A stretch of 64,000 bases of DNA from Myxococcales bacterium. Its GTDB lineage: Bacteria; Myxococcota_A; Polyangia; Polyangiales; DASUME01. A program made the position numbers and the translations under genes. Numbering within the stretch: the first letter of the stretch is position 1; each line of letters opens with the position of its first letter. The notes below the pieces were generated by a model. The model did not search any database. It was not told the origin of the DNA and worked only from the letters and a program-made list of their open reading frames with translations. Positions 8,922 through 19,072 of the stretch are shown here, in pieces. The stretch lies in the NCBI GenBank assembly GCA_047601445.1, contig JASGJH010000001.1, forward strand, positions 1,856,001 to 1,920,000, read 5' to 3'.

Positions 8922-11900
8922 TTAGCTCGGAAGCGCGATGGGCTGCCCGCGCTCGAGCGCGCGCTCGGCCTGGGCGGCGTCGATGCCCATGCGCCGATGA
9001 CCATGGCGCTCAGCCAGCTCGCGCACGTGCCTCAGGGCGAGACTCGCGGCCTGCGCGCTACCCACTCGCTGCTCCGCGATGGCCAGCAGGTATTGCCCGT
9101 TGATGGAGTCCCACACATAGCCGTGATCGCCGGCGTAGCGCAGGGCCTCCCGCATGCGCTTCAACCCTTCTTCGGCGCCGAAGCTCAGGACGTCGAGAAA
9201 GCCGAGCAAACACACGTTCAACCAGTGCACCCGTGTGAAGCCGTGTTCCGTGGCGATATCCGAGCTCGAGCGCAGGGCCGCGAAGGCGCGCTTGTCTTCG
9301 TCCCCACGCAAGTAGAACTCGCCCAGCATGTGCGCCGCCACGGCGGCCTCGTGAGGCAAGCCGTACTCCTTGGCGAGCTCGAACGCCTTGCGGGCCGATT
9401 CGATGCGACCTTCGTGATCACCCGCCTGGTAGGCCACCAAGGCGCGCACGCGTTCGGTCTCCACTTCGAGGCGCTGGTCCTGGCGCGAAGCTGACAGCCG
9501 CTCGATCTCGGCCAGCGCTCGCCGCGCGTCCGCTTCTCGCCCCACGGCGGCGTAGGCCGGAGCCACCACCAACAGGCAGCGGAGCTGCGCCCCCGCGTCC
9601 TGGCTGGTGCGCGCGAGCTCGAGGGCGTGCCCCACGTGACGCAGTACGCTGTTGTATTCGCCACTGCGCGCGTGGGCCTCCGCCGCCGCCAAGGCCACGT
9701 CGCGCTCGAGCTCGCCGTCACCGCGCTTGCGCGCCACCCCCTGCGCACGCTCGAGCCAGGCGCGACCCTCTTCGGCGCGAGCCACCTTGAGGTAAAGGCG
9801 CCCGCGCATCATCGAGAAGCGCGCCACCAAGTCGTCCCGCCCTGCCTTGTCGGCCAGCTCGAGCGCGCCGGCGAGTCGCTCGGCCACGCCCTCCGCGGTG
9901 CGCGAGCGGTAGGCGAGCTCGCCCAGACGCGTGTAGAGGTCGAGCAGCAAGTCACCGTCGGAGGTACCGCTGCGGGTCAGCAAGTCCAGCGCCTCCAAAT
10001 AGGCATCCACGGCCGCGTCCGAGGCCTGCTCGGACTCCAGGCGCTGGGCAGCGCGCACCAAGAACGTGGCGGCGCGCTCGGCCTGCCCAGCCTCCCGATG
10101 GTGATAGGCGAGTCGGTCGGCGGCGGCCTCGATCTCGTTCGGGCGCAGGGCCTCGATGGCCTCGGCCACCGCCGCGTGCAGCGCCGGTCGCTCGTCGTGG
10201 GGGATCGAGTCGTAGAAGATCTCGCGCGCCAGGTCATGCGCGAAGGTGTACTCACCGGGTCCCAACGGCCGCACGATACCGCGCTCGTCCAGGACGCTGA
10301 GCGCCTGGCGCACACTGGCTTCGTCCTGCTGCGCGGCGCGCGCCAGGAGCTCGGGCGAGAAGCGCGGACCGCATGTCACGGCCAACTGCAGGATCACGCG
10401 ATGCGCGGCGTCCAGCTTGCCCACGCGCGAGGTCACCAGACCGCGCAGCGTGTTAGGTAGCTCCGAGACGTCGGCCGGGCGCGCGAACTCCACCACTCCG
10501 TCGCGCACCTCGATGGCGCCTAGCTCGCGCATGGCGGCCACGAGCTCCTCGAGATACAGCGGGTTGCCGCCGGAGCGCTGGCTCAGCTCGCGCACCAGCT
10601 CTTCGGGCACTTCATGAACGACCAAACGGTGGCGGCAGAAACGCGCCACGTCCTCGGCACTCAGCGGGCGCAGCACGAGCTCCGTGTAGGCAGGCGCCGC
10701 GTTCCAGGGGGTCTCGTCGGTGGGGCGATAGGTGAAGAGCGCCACCGCCTTCACGGGGAGCGGCGTGAGCACCATCTTGCCGAGCAGCTCGCGGCTCGGC
10801 GTGTCCATCAGCTCGGCACCATCCCAGGCGAAGACGGTCAGGCGATCCTGAGCCAACTTGTACGAGATGCGCACGAGCGCACCCATCAACATGGTGGTGT
10901 TGGTGACCGACGACGTGTGCAGACCAAGGCCCAACACGCGCCCCACGGCCTCGCGCTGAGGCGCCGAGAGCCCGAGCAGACGCAGGCGGTCGACCTTCTC
11001 GCGCAAGCGGCCCTCGGGCTCCATCTCCTCGATGCCGAGCACCACGCGCAGGATCTCCTGCACCGCATGGAAGGGGATGGTGCGCCCTTCGGGCGAGCAG
11101 GTGGCCACGTACAGGCCCACATCGTGGCCCGCATGGCTCAGCCGGCGCGCGGTCTCGGTGATGAGGCGGGTCTTGCCCGAGCCGGCCTCTCCGCGCACAC
11201 CCACGACTACCAGGCGCCCCTTGTTGGCCAGCGCCAAACACTCGCCCAAGAGACGCAGCTCCTGACGTCGGCCCACGAACTTGCCGTTGCCCTCGTCGGC
11301 CCGCCGCTCGCGCTCGATGACGCGCGGTCCGTCGGCCTGGGCAGGCGCCAGCTCGAAGCGACCACGCAGCAGCTTCGTGGCGGCGGGCGATGCGGCCACC
11401 TGCCCTTCGCTCACGCGCGCCAACCACTTGCGCGATTCCGTCCGCAGCGCCTCCAGCGGCGGGCCCACACGCAACTTGCCCTCGGCGTCGAGCAGGACCC
11501 GACCGCTGTGCACGATGGCGCGCACGCGCGCGGCCGTGTGAGTGCGCAGGATGCGCAGCGCACAGCGTGCCGCTCCTTGGGCGTCGCGACCGTCGGCCTC
11601 CGTGAGTCCGAACAGGACGAGCGTGGGTTCACTCGCGGAATTGCCCGGGAAAGCCGCACCGCCGAAGCGAGTTGCAAAGGACATCACCTCCGACCGAGGC
11701 AGACCGTCGAACGCCAAGAGCGAGACCTCGCGCCATTCTGAGCGCGGTGGGATGCCCGAACGCGCTGCGACGGGCACGCTGGAGGTGGTGCTGCGCGAGG
11801 GCACGCGCACGGGTGTGACGCCGCGCGCCGAGCTGACACCCGTGTTGGTGGGCTCGGAGAAGATCTCTTCGAGTCCACTGATGGGAGGCAGCTCCTGGAC

Positions 11901-12842
11901 CTCGGTCTTCTCGGTGGCCGCGAAGTGGCTGAGCTCCTCGATGAAGGCGGAGAGGTCGTGGGAGCTGATGCGCCGACCGCTGGCGTAGAGGAACTGGATC
12001 AAGTCCTCGTAGAGGTCGCCTGCATTCGCGTAGCGAACATCCCGATCCTTGGCCGTGGCCTTGCTCACGATGGCTGCGAGCTCCGGGGACACTCCCGGCA
12101 GAACCTCGCCAAGGGGCGCGAAAGAACCCGACTTGGCACGCTCGAACGTGCCTTCGGCCGTGAGCTCCTCCAGCGGACGTTTCCCGGTCAGGGCCTCGTA
12201 GAGGATCATGCCCACCGAGAACAAATCGGCACGCGCGTCCACCTCTTCGCCCCGCGCCTGCTCCGGCGAGAGATAGGCGAACTTGCCAGGCGGAACCTCC
12301 CCCTGGAGCGCGAGCTGCTCGCGCGAGCGGGCGATGCCGAAGTCGGTCAGCTTCACCTCGCCTTCGAAGCTGATCAAGACGTTCTCGGGCGACACGTCGC
12401 GATGCACGATGCCGAGCGGCTTGAGATCGGCGTCGCGGCGCCGGTGCGCGTAGTCGAGCCCCTTGGCCAGCTCGCTCACCACGTACACCGCGAGCTCCTG
12501 CGGGATGGCGCGCCCGCGCTCCGCGCAGAACGCCAGCACCTTGCCGAGGTCGAAGCCCGGCACGTACTCCATCGCGATGAAGTAACAGCCCTCCGCACGC
12601 CCGAGGTCGAACACCTGCACGATGTTGGCGTGGGTCAGCGTGACGGCGGTCTTGGCCTCGTCGATGAACAACTCGACGAAGTTCGGATTGCGGCTGAGCT
12701 CGGGGAGGATGCGCTTGATGACCAGGGTCTTCTCGAAGCCCTCGATGCCGTGCGAGCGCGCCTTCCAGACCTCTCCCATGCCGCCGCGGGCGAGCAGCTC
12801 GAGCAACTGGTATTTGCCGTAGAGATTTGGGTCTGAAGCCAC
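8922..12842 (-). CDS. Ser/Thr protein kinase fused to a degenerate cyclase-like segment, AAA/STAND-type ATPase and TPR domain
   Basis: LARGGMGEVWKA, VIKR, HRDVSPEN, DFGIA, YLSPEQ; FVGRRQEL, Walker A GEAGSGKT, GGNPLYLEE, YTFAHDL; helical TPR-like C-terminus. Confidence 0.9.
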   Translation of the reverse strand: MASDPNLYGKYQLLELLARGGMGEVWKARSHGIEGFEKTLVIKRILPELSRNPNFVELFIDEAKTAVTLTHANIVQVFDLGRAEGCYFIAMEYVPGFDLGKVLAFCAERGRAIPQELAVYVVSELAKGLDYAHRRRDADLKPLGIVHRDVSPENVLISFEGEVKLTDFGIARSREQLALQGEVPPGKFAYLSPEQARGEEVDARADLFSVGMILYEALTGKRPLEELTAEGTFERAKSGSFAPLGEVLPGVSPELAAIVSKATAKDRDVRYANAGDLYEDLIQFLYASGRRISSHDLSAFIEELSHFAATEKTEVQELPPISGLEEIFSEPTNTGVSSARGVTPVRVPSRSTTSSVPVAARSGIPPRSEWREVSLLAFDGLPRSEVMSFATRFGGAAFPGNSASEPTLVLFGLTEADGRDAQGAARCALRILRTHTAARVRAIVHSGRVLLDAEGKLRVGPPLEALRTESRKWLARVSEGQVAASPAATKLLRGRFELAPAQADGPRVIERERRADEGNGKFVGRRQELRLLGECLALANKGRLVVVGVRGEAGSGKTRLITETARRLSHAGHDVGLYVATCSPEGRTIPFHAVQEILRVVLGIEEMEPEGRLREKVDRLRLLGLSAPQREAVGRVLGLGLHTSSVTNTTMLMGALVRISYKLAQDRLTVFAWDGAELMDTPSRELLGKMVLTPLPVKAVALFTYRPTDETPWNAAPAYTELVLRPLSAEDVARFCRHRLVVHEVPEELVRELSQRSGGNPLYLEELVAAMRELGAIEVRDGVVEFARPADVSELPNTLRGLVTSRVGKLDAAHRVILQLAVTCGPRFSPELLARAAQQDEASVRQALSVLDERGIVRPLGPGEYTFAHDLAREIFYDSIPHDERPALHAAVAEAIEALRPNEIEAAADRLAYHHREAGQAERAATFLVRAAQRLESEQASDAAVDAYLEALDLLTRSGTSDGDLLLDLYTRLGELAYRSRTAEGVAERLAGALELADKAGRDDLVARFSMMRGRLYLKVARAEEGRAWLERAQGVARKRGDGELERDVALAAAEAHARSGEYNSVLRHVGHALELARTSQDAGAQLRCLLVVAPAYAAVGREADARRALAEIERLSASRQDQRLEVETERVRALVAYQAGDHEGRIESARKAFELAKEYGLPHEAAVAAHMLGEFYLRGDEDKRAFAALRSSSDIATEHGFTRVHWLNVCLLGFLDVLSFGAEEGLKRMREALRYAGDHGYVWDSINGQYLLAIAEQRVGSAQAASLALRHVRELAERHGHRRMGIDAAQAERALERGQPIALPS

Positions 12843-12992
12843 TGTCCAAGCCGTCCGAGTGCGCGCCGACGGCCCCGGCCGCCAGCACGCGTCGCTACCG
12901 GGTCATCCCCGGCAGGGGTGGCCATCATACATGGTTTTCTGCCCCGGTAGATGGCTCATGTGGACCGACATGGATCGGCGTTGTGAGCGTGA

Positions 12993-14921
12993 CTACAGCG
13001 GATTCTGGGATCCGGCGGCAAGCTCACCCGGTTGGGTGGCCACGGCGTCGGGCGGCTCGGGCGCCGAGGCGAATTGGAGCTCGTAGAGACGCGCGTAGAC
13101 CCCGCCTTGCTCCAGGAGCTCAGTGTGGCTCCCCTGCTCGACGATGCGGCCGCGATGAAACACCAGAATCCGGTCGGCGCGCCGCACGGTCGAAAGGCGG
13201 TGCGCGATGATCACCGCCGTGCGGCCCACCAGGAGCGCGTCGAGAGCGCCCTGCAGGCGTGCCTCGGTCTCGCTGTCGATGCTGGCCGTGGCCTCGTCGA
13301 GGATCAGCACCTGAGGGTCCCGATAAAGGGCCCGCGCGAAGGCGACCAACTGACGCTCGCCCGAGCTCAGGTTGGTGCCGCGTTCGCTAATGCGCAGCGC
13401 GAGTCCGCCACGGGGCTCCAACATCGCCAGCGCCCCCACCTGCTCGAGCGCGCGCGCTGCGCGCGCAGGGTCGGGCCGCTCGTCCCCCAGGGCCACGTTC
13501 GCCAGTAGGTCCCCCGCGAACAGGAAGACATCCTGTTGCACCAGAGCGAAGCGCTCGCGCAATTCCTCGCGCGCGTAGCTGCGCACGTCTCGCCCATCCA
13601 CGCGCACGGCGCCCGCCGACACGTCGTAGAAGCGCTGCGCCAGCGCGGTGACGGTGGTCTTGCCGGCGCCGGTGGCGCCCACGATGGCGATCGTCTCTCC
13701 CCGCGCGACCGCGAAGGAAACGTGCTCGAGCACCAGCGGCGCGCGCGTGTGGTAGCGGAAGTCCACGTGGTCGAACGCGATCACCGGGAGCACCTCGACC
13801 GGCGTCTTGGGCAACGGCGCCGTGGGCAGCTCGGCGCGCTGCTCGGGTAGGCTCGCGGCGGCGTCGAACTCGCGCACCGACAGCAAGCCGAACACGCGTT
13901 CGGCCGAAGCAAAGGCGCTCTGGATCATGGTGTACTTGCTGCTGAGCTCGCGCAGGGGCACGAAGAAGAGCTGGATGTAGGCGTAGAAGGCGATGAAGGT
14001 GCCCTTCTGAGCCTCGCTCTCGGTGCCCGCCATGCCGAGCCTTCGCGCCGCGTAGAACAACACCATGCCCACGCAGATGGCCGCGATGGCCTCCACCACC
14101 GAGAACATCATGGCGTCCGCCGAGATGGAGCGCCGGAAGGCCTCACGATAGGCCTGATTGATCTCGCGATAGCCCGCCGCCGACTCGGCCTCGCGCGAAA
14201 AGGCCTGCACTACCTGTATGCCTTGCACTTGTTCGTTGAGGTAGGCGTTGAGCTGGGCGATGCGCGCGCGGATCACGCGCTGCACGTGACGCAGCTTGCG
14301 ACGGAACATCTCCACCGCGAACACCAGCGGCGGCACGGCCGCGAAGGCCACCAGGGCCAGCTCGTGGTCGAGCACCAACATCGACACCACGATGCCGAAC
14401 AGTAAGAGCAGGTCCCCCAGCGCCGTGACCGCGCCGCTCGCGAACAGCTCGCCGAGCGAGTCGATGTCGTTGGTGACGCGGGTGACGATGCGCCCCACCG
14501 GAGTCTCGTCGAAGTAGCGGATGGAGAGCCGCTGGATGTGAGCAAAAACCGCGCCTCGCAGGCTGGCCATGGTGCGCTGACCCGCCAGTTGCATGAGATA
14601 GGTCTCGCTGAAACCCGCCAGGAAACGCAGGGCGATCACGCCACCGAACAGGAGCGACACCTTGCCCAGAGCGGCCTGCGATTGGCCCACACCGACCGCA
14701 TCGACGGCCCGTTGCAACAGCCGCGGCTGCACCAACATGCAGGCCACACCGACGGGCATCAAGAGCAGCGATCCGATGTAGTACTTGAGGAAGGGGCGCG
14801 CGTAGGGGTACAGGTCGCGCAGCATTTGCCAGTCGAGTGCCTGCGAAGCGATGGGGCGCTCCTCGTGGAACTCGGCCAGCAAGCGCTCGGCGCGCGAGGA
14901 CGATTTGGGCGCCGTACTCAT
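12993..14921 (-). CDS. ABC exporter, fused permease/ATPase (second subunit of a heterodimer)
   Basis: Start MSTAPKSS at 14921 overlaps the upstream stop (ATGA); GATGAGKT, LSSGERQ, LDEAT, IAHRLST; the 1170-aa track ORF is over-extended. Confidence 0.92.
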   Translation of the reverse strand: MSTAPKSSSRAERLLAEFHEERPIASQALDWQMLRDLYPYARPFLKYYIGSLLLMPVGVACMLVQPRLLQRAVDAVGVGQSQAALGKVSLLFGGVIALRFLAGFSETYLMQLAGQRTMASLRGAVFAHIQRLSIRYFDETPVGRIVTRVTNDIDSLGELFASGAVTALGDLLLLFGIVVSMLVLDHELALVAFAAVPPLVFAVEMFRRKLRHVQRVIRARIAQLNAYLNEQVQGIQVVQAFSREAESAAGYREINQAYREAFRRSISADAMMFSVVEAIAAICVGMVLFYAARRLGMAGTESEAQKGTFIAFYAYIQLFFVPLRELSSKYTMIQSAFASAERVFGLLSVREFDAAASLPEQRAELPTAPLPKTPVEVLPVIAFDHVDFRYHTRAPLVLEHVSFAVARGETIAIVGATGAGKTTVTALAQRFYDVSAGAVRVDGRDVRSYAREELRERFALVQQDVFLFAGDLLANVALGDERPDPARAARALEQVGALAMLEPRGGLALRISERGTNLSSGERQLVAFARALYRDPQVLILDEATASIDSETEARLQGALDALLVGRTAVIIAHRLSTVRRADRILVFHRGRIVEQGSHTELLEQGGVYARLYELQFASAPEPPDAVATQPGELAAGSQNPL

Positions 14922-16732
14922 AGCGTCGAGAGCTCCTGCTCCAGCGTCTGGCGAGCGCACAGCCGGGCGTAGAGTCCGCCGCGCTTGAGTAGCTCGGCGT
15001 GACTGCCGAACTCCGCGACGCTGCCGTGATCCAGCACCAGGATGCGATCGCAGTGGGCGGCCGCGGCGGTGCGATTCGTGATCAGGAGCATCGTGCGTCC
15101 GACCGCGGCTTGGTCGAGCGCGTCGAGAATGATCCGCTCGGTGCGCGCGTCGACTGCGCTCAGCGGGTCGTCGAGGATCAACACCGAGGGATTGTTCAAC
15201 ATCGCGCGTGCCAGAGCGATGCGCTGCTTCTGGCCACCCGAGAGCTGCACGCCGCGCTCGCCGACCACCGTGTCGAGGCCGTCCTTCAGCTGCTCGATCT
15301 CCTGCAAGATCGCCGCTTCCTGCGCCGCCCCGCGCACGGCGGCCATGCCCGCATCGCTGTCCGGGTCGGGCAGGCTGAAGCCGATGTTGCGCGCCACCGT
15401 GGTGGAGAATAGGAACGGATCCTGGGGTGCATACCCTACCGCCTTGCGCAGCTCGCCGAGGCGAAGGCTGGTGACGTCGGCGCCATCGAGAAACACGCTG
15501 CCAGCCGGGGTCGGGGAGAGCCGCGCCAACAGCGCCGCCAACACGCTCTTGCCGCTGCCCGTGCGACCCATGATGGCGAGGGAAGAGCCCGCCGGCACCT
15601 CGAACGAGACGTCGCGCAGCAGGGAGCGACCTTCGATGGCGTAGTTCAGGTGGCTGACCGTCACGTGCCCCTCGCCAAACCGCCCGTTCTCGCGGCGGGG
15701 GATGGCGCGCGCGTCGCGGGGCTCCGGGATCACCGGTTCGGCGTCCAAGATCTCGCGCACGCGCGCATAGGATGCACGGCCGCGCTGCACGATGGAGAGG
15801 ATGTAGCCCGCCGCCATGGTCGGCCACACGAGCTGCGTCAGATAGGCGTAGAAGGCCAGGAGCTCGCCCTTGGTCAGCTCCCCTGCGTTCACCATCACGC
15901 CGCCCGCGTAGAGCACGATCAGCGTACCCGCCGTGCTCAAGCCCATCAGCACGGGCGTCATCGACGCGCGCAGCATCACCAGCGACATGGTGCGCTGAAC
16001 GGCCTCCTGGTTGGTCGCGTCGAAGCGCTTGGCCTCGAACCCGTCGGCCGCGTAGGCACGCACCACGCGCACGCCGCTCAGGTACTCCTGCACGCGCTCG
16101 GCGAGCTTGCCGAGCACTACCTGGTTTTCCTGGCTCACGTGGAAGAGCTTGCGCACGAAGGCGCGCGCCGCGAGCACGAACAGGGGATAGGGAATCAGGG
16201 CGTAGAGCGTGAGCTTGGGGGAGATGGCCACCATCAACGCCAGCGCGCTCAGGTAGGCCACCACCGCGTTCACCAGATTGAGCGAACCGAAGCCCAACAG
16301 GAGCCGTACTTGCGCGAGGTCGTTGGTGGCGCGGCTCATCACGTCGCCCGTCGGCATGCGCGTCAGGAACGCGGCCCCCAGCCGGTGCAGCTGGTCGAGC
16401 AGCGCGGTGCGCAGGTCGAACTCGATGTCGCGGCCCACGTTGAAGATGGCGATGCGCGAGATGGTGCGCGTGACCATCATGGCGAGAGCGCACAGGACCA
16501 CCCATGCGGCGGACCAGGTGACGCGGTCCAGTGCCTCGGCGCTGAAGGCGTCGACGCCGCGCTTGAGGAACCAGGGAATGGCCTTTTCGAGCGCGTTGGT
16601 GGCAAGCAGCGTCAGGCCGCCGAGCGCGAGCGCCCCCAGGTGGTCCCGGAGCAGCGCGAAGAGGCCACGGCCTTTGACCATCTGGCTCCCAGTCGCCGGT
16701 CCGGCTACCACCGTTACGGTGCGTTTTGTCAC
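14918..16732 (-). CDS. ABC exporter, fused permease/ATPase (subunit with degenerate catalytic motifs)
   Basis: GRTGSGKS, LSGGQKQR, Walker B LDDP (D for E) and ITNR (N for H), as in heterodimeric exporters of the TmrAB/YheIH type. Confidence 0.92.
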   Translation of the reverse strand: MTKRTVTVVAGPATGSQMVKGRGLFALLRDHLGALALGGLTLLATNALEKAIPWFLKRGVDAFSAEALDRVTWSAAWVVLCALAMMVTRTISRIAIFNVGRDIEFDLRTALLDQLHRLGAAFLTRMPTGDVMSRATNDLAQVRLLLGFGSLNLVNAVVAYLSALALMVAISPKLTLYALIPYPLFVLAARAFVRKLFHVSQENQVVLGKLAERVQEYLSGVRVVRAYAADGFEAKRFDATNQEAVQRTMSLVMLRASMTPVLMGLSTAGTLIVLYAGGVMVNAGELTKGELLAFYAYLTQLVWPTMAAGYILSIVQRGRASYARVREILDAEPVIPEPRDARAIPRRENGRFGEGHVTVSHLNYAIEGRSLLRDVSFEVPAGSSLAIMGRTGSGKSVLAALLARLSPTPAGSVFLDGADVTSLRLGELRKAVGYAPQDPFLFSTTVARNIGFSLPDPDSDAGMAAVRGAAQEAAILQEIEQLKDGLDTVVGERGVQLSGGQKQRIALARAMLNNPSVLILDDPLSAVDARTERIILDALDQAAVGRTMLLITNRTAAAAHCDRILVLDHGSVAEFGSHAELLKRGGLYARLCARQTLEQELSTL

Positions 16733-18066
16733 GGGGAGGGCGTGCCGGAAGGGAGCAAGCCCTGCTTCAGCGCGACGCGCTCGATGCCGCCCCAGGCCTG
16801 GTGGGCCTTGCCGGCCGCCGGCGTATCCCCGAGCAGCTCGTACAGCTTCGGCATGGCCAGCGTGAGCCCCGCGCGGGTCCGCAGGCCTTGCTCGAGCCGC
16901 TCGCGAACCTGACGCAGGTCCGTGGCCGCGGGGACGATCAGCTTGCCGTAGAACAGGTTGGAGCTGCCGTCGCTGCTCGAGCGCTCGTCGAACACCACGG
17001 CGTGCACATCGCTTCCGAGATCGGCCGCCAGGGCCTGCACCATGCCGCGCTGCTTCTGCATACCCACGAAGCGCAGACGACGCTCATCCCCCGGGCGCAG
17101 GATCGAGAGCAGCGGAAACACCGGCACCGGACGCCCTTCCACGGTGTTCACACGCACCGGCGCGCCGTCCCACAACACGACGTCGCCCCAGTCCACGTTG
17201 GCCTTGCGCACGGTGGGGGTGTGGACCACGCCGTGGCACGGGGAGAGCGGCTCGACCCACAGCACTTCGAACGTCACCACGTGGGGCGGCAGCGGGTCAT
17301 TGCGGCCGACGTCTTCGCCAAGCGTCGCCACGCGCACCTGCATGGGCGGCACGCCAGGCACGCTGGGCATGCCCGAACTGGAAAGCTCTCCCTTGATGCC
17401 CAGCTTGTCCCAGGCTTCGAGCGCGAGTCGTCCTTCGCCGAGGGCCGTGGCGCAGATGGCCAAGTTCCACACTACCGGCTTGTGCGCCCCGAGCCGGGCG
17501 TAGGCCTTCTGGTTCGCGTCCAGCCCCTCCCGAAAGCGCCCCCTCCACTTGTGGAAGAGACCGAGGTGGAACCACCAGTGGCCGTTCTTGTCGTCGATGG
17601 TCAGCGCCAGCTTGTAAGCCTTGAGCGCATCCTCATCGTACTCGGGGCCCATCATGCGTAGCCCGTCAGCCATGTTGAGCTGGAGGTACCCACCCAAACG
17701 GGGGTCGGTGCGCTGGGCCGAAGAGAGCCCCTCGAAGGCACGCTGGCAGGCTCCCGCGGCGAGGTGCGCGGGGCCCTGAACGAAGGGTGGCTCGTCGCCA
17801 GGGCGTTGCTCGGCCACCCGCACCAGAGCGGCCGACAGTCGGATCACCAGCTCGGCGTCGTTGCCGAAGGCAGACACGATGCGTTCACTGACCGGGAGCG
17901 CATCGCTGTAGTTGGGGTCCTGAGCCAGGAGCTCTGCGAACGCGAGCGCCGCTTCTCGATCGGTGCCGACCGCAGGGACGAAGGCGTCTGCCACCTTCCA
18001 TGCCTGGTCGGAGCGACCGGCGGCTAATTTTTCGAGGGCTTCCTTCAACACGGCAGCGCAATTCAT
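16729..18066 (-). CDS. TPR-containing hypothetical protein
   Basis: ALKAYKLALTIDDKNGHWWFHLGLFHKWRGRFREG TPR motif; stop overlaps the ABC gene start; ATG at 18066 chosen, start uncertain. Confidence 0.75.
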   Translation of the reverse strand: MNCAAVLKEALEKLAAGRSDQAWKVADAFVPAVGTDREAALAFAELLAQDPNYSDALPVSERIVSAFGNDAELVIRLSAALVRVAEQRPGDEPPFVQGPAHLAAGACQRAFEGLSSAQRTDPRLGGYLQLNMADGLRMMGPEYDEDALKAYKLALTIDDKNGHWWFHLGLFHKWRGRFREGLDANQKAYARLGAHKPVVWNLAICATALGEGRLALEAWDKLGIKGELSSSGMPSVPGVPPMQVRVATLGEDVGRNDPLPPHVVTFEVLWVEPLSPCHGVVHTPTVRKANVDWGDVVLWDGAPVRVNTVEGRPVPVFPLLSILRPGDERRLRFVGMQKQRGMVQALAADLGSDVHAVVFDERSSSDGSSNLFYGKLIVPAATDLRQVRERLEQGLRTRAGLTLAMPKLYELLGDTPAAGKAHQAWGGIERVALKQGLLPSGTPSP

Positions 18067-18232
18067 GGCGGCGTGTTGTAGCAGCTCCTGGGCCCAGGTC
18101 GCGGGTGCGCGCGCACCTACTCGACCGGACACGGGTGCGGCCGAATCCCAAGAAATACTTATGGGTTAGCCAAGCCCCCGCGCGTTCCCGCCTTGCGCCA
18201 AGTACGCCTCTTTACGTACTCTGGCCGAGTCC

Positions 18233-19072
18233 GTGACGGTGTCCGTTCCACCCACCCCTGTGCTCCTTCGCCGAAGCGCTGGACTCACCGACGTGGGCCG
18301 ACGCCGCGTCAGCAACGAGGACAGCTACTTCTTCGACGACGCCATGGGTCTGTACGCCGTGGCCGACGGAATGGGCGGCCACGCTGCAGGCGAAGTCGCG
18401 AGCCAGGAAGCCATCGACACCATGCGCGGCATGGTTCGCCAGGGTGCAGGACTCTTGAGCGCGGTGGAAGCCGGCGATCATTCGGCGCAGACCTTGTGGC
18501 GCATGGGTCGCTTGCTGGAGAGCGCCGTGCAAGCCGCCACGTACATGGTCTTCGGCATCGCGCAGAACGATCCGGAGCAAGCCGGTATGGGCACCACGAT
18601 CTCCGCGCTCTTGCTGTGCGGTCCCTTCGGCGTCACGGCGCAGGTGGGGGACAGCCGCGTGTACCAGGTGCGCGACGGGCGCGTGTCCCAGCTGACCGAA
18701 GATCACACGCTGATCGCCTGGCAGTTGAAGCAGGGCATCATCTCGGAGCGCGAGGCGGCCATGTCGCCCCACAAGAACGTGATCACGCGCGCCGTCGGCA
18801 GTCGCGAGTACGTGCAAGTGGACACGACCTTCTTCCAGACCGAGCCCAACGATCAGTACCTCGTGTGCTCGGACGGTCTGCACGGCTACCTGCGGGAAGA
18901 CGAGATCGCGGCCATCACCGCGCTTGGCCCGCAGGCTGCGGTGCGACGCTTCATCGACACTGCGAATCTGCGCGGTGGACGCGATAACATCACGGCCATC
19001 GTCGTCGAGGTCGAGCCGGGTAGTCCCAGCGTTCCTTCTCCTGCGAGCCGGCCACCTTTCCCAGGGCGATGA
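18233..19072 (+). CDS. PP2C/PPM-family Ser/Thr protein phosphatase
   Basis: TDVGRRR..NED, VADGMGGHAAGEVAS, GMGTT, VGDSRVY, CSDGL, GGRDNIT. Confidence 0.95.
   Translation: MTVSVPPTPVLLRRSAGLTDVGRRRVSNEDSYFFDDAMGLYAVADGMGGHAAGEVASQEAIDTMRGMVRQGAGLLSAVEAGDHSAQTLWRMGRLLESAVQAATYMVFGIAQNDPEQAGMGTTISALLLCGPFGVTAQVGDSRVYQVRDGRVSQLTEDHTLIAWQLKQGIISEREAAMSPHKNVITRAVGSREYVQVDTTFFQTEPNDQYLVCSDGLHGYLREDEIAAITALGPQAAVRRFIDTANLRGGRDNITAIVVEVEPGSPSVPSPASRPPFPGR

Noticed and set aside
12993..16505. 1170-aa fused ABC protein from the ORF track
   Set aside because: The first ~528 aa are an off-frame shadow of the upstream ABC gene; the real start is ATG 14921
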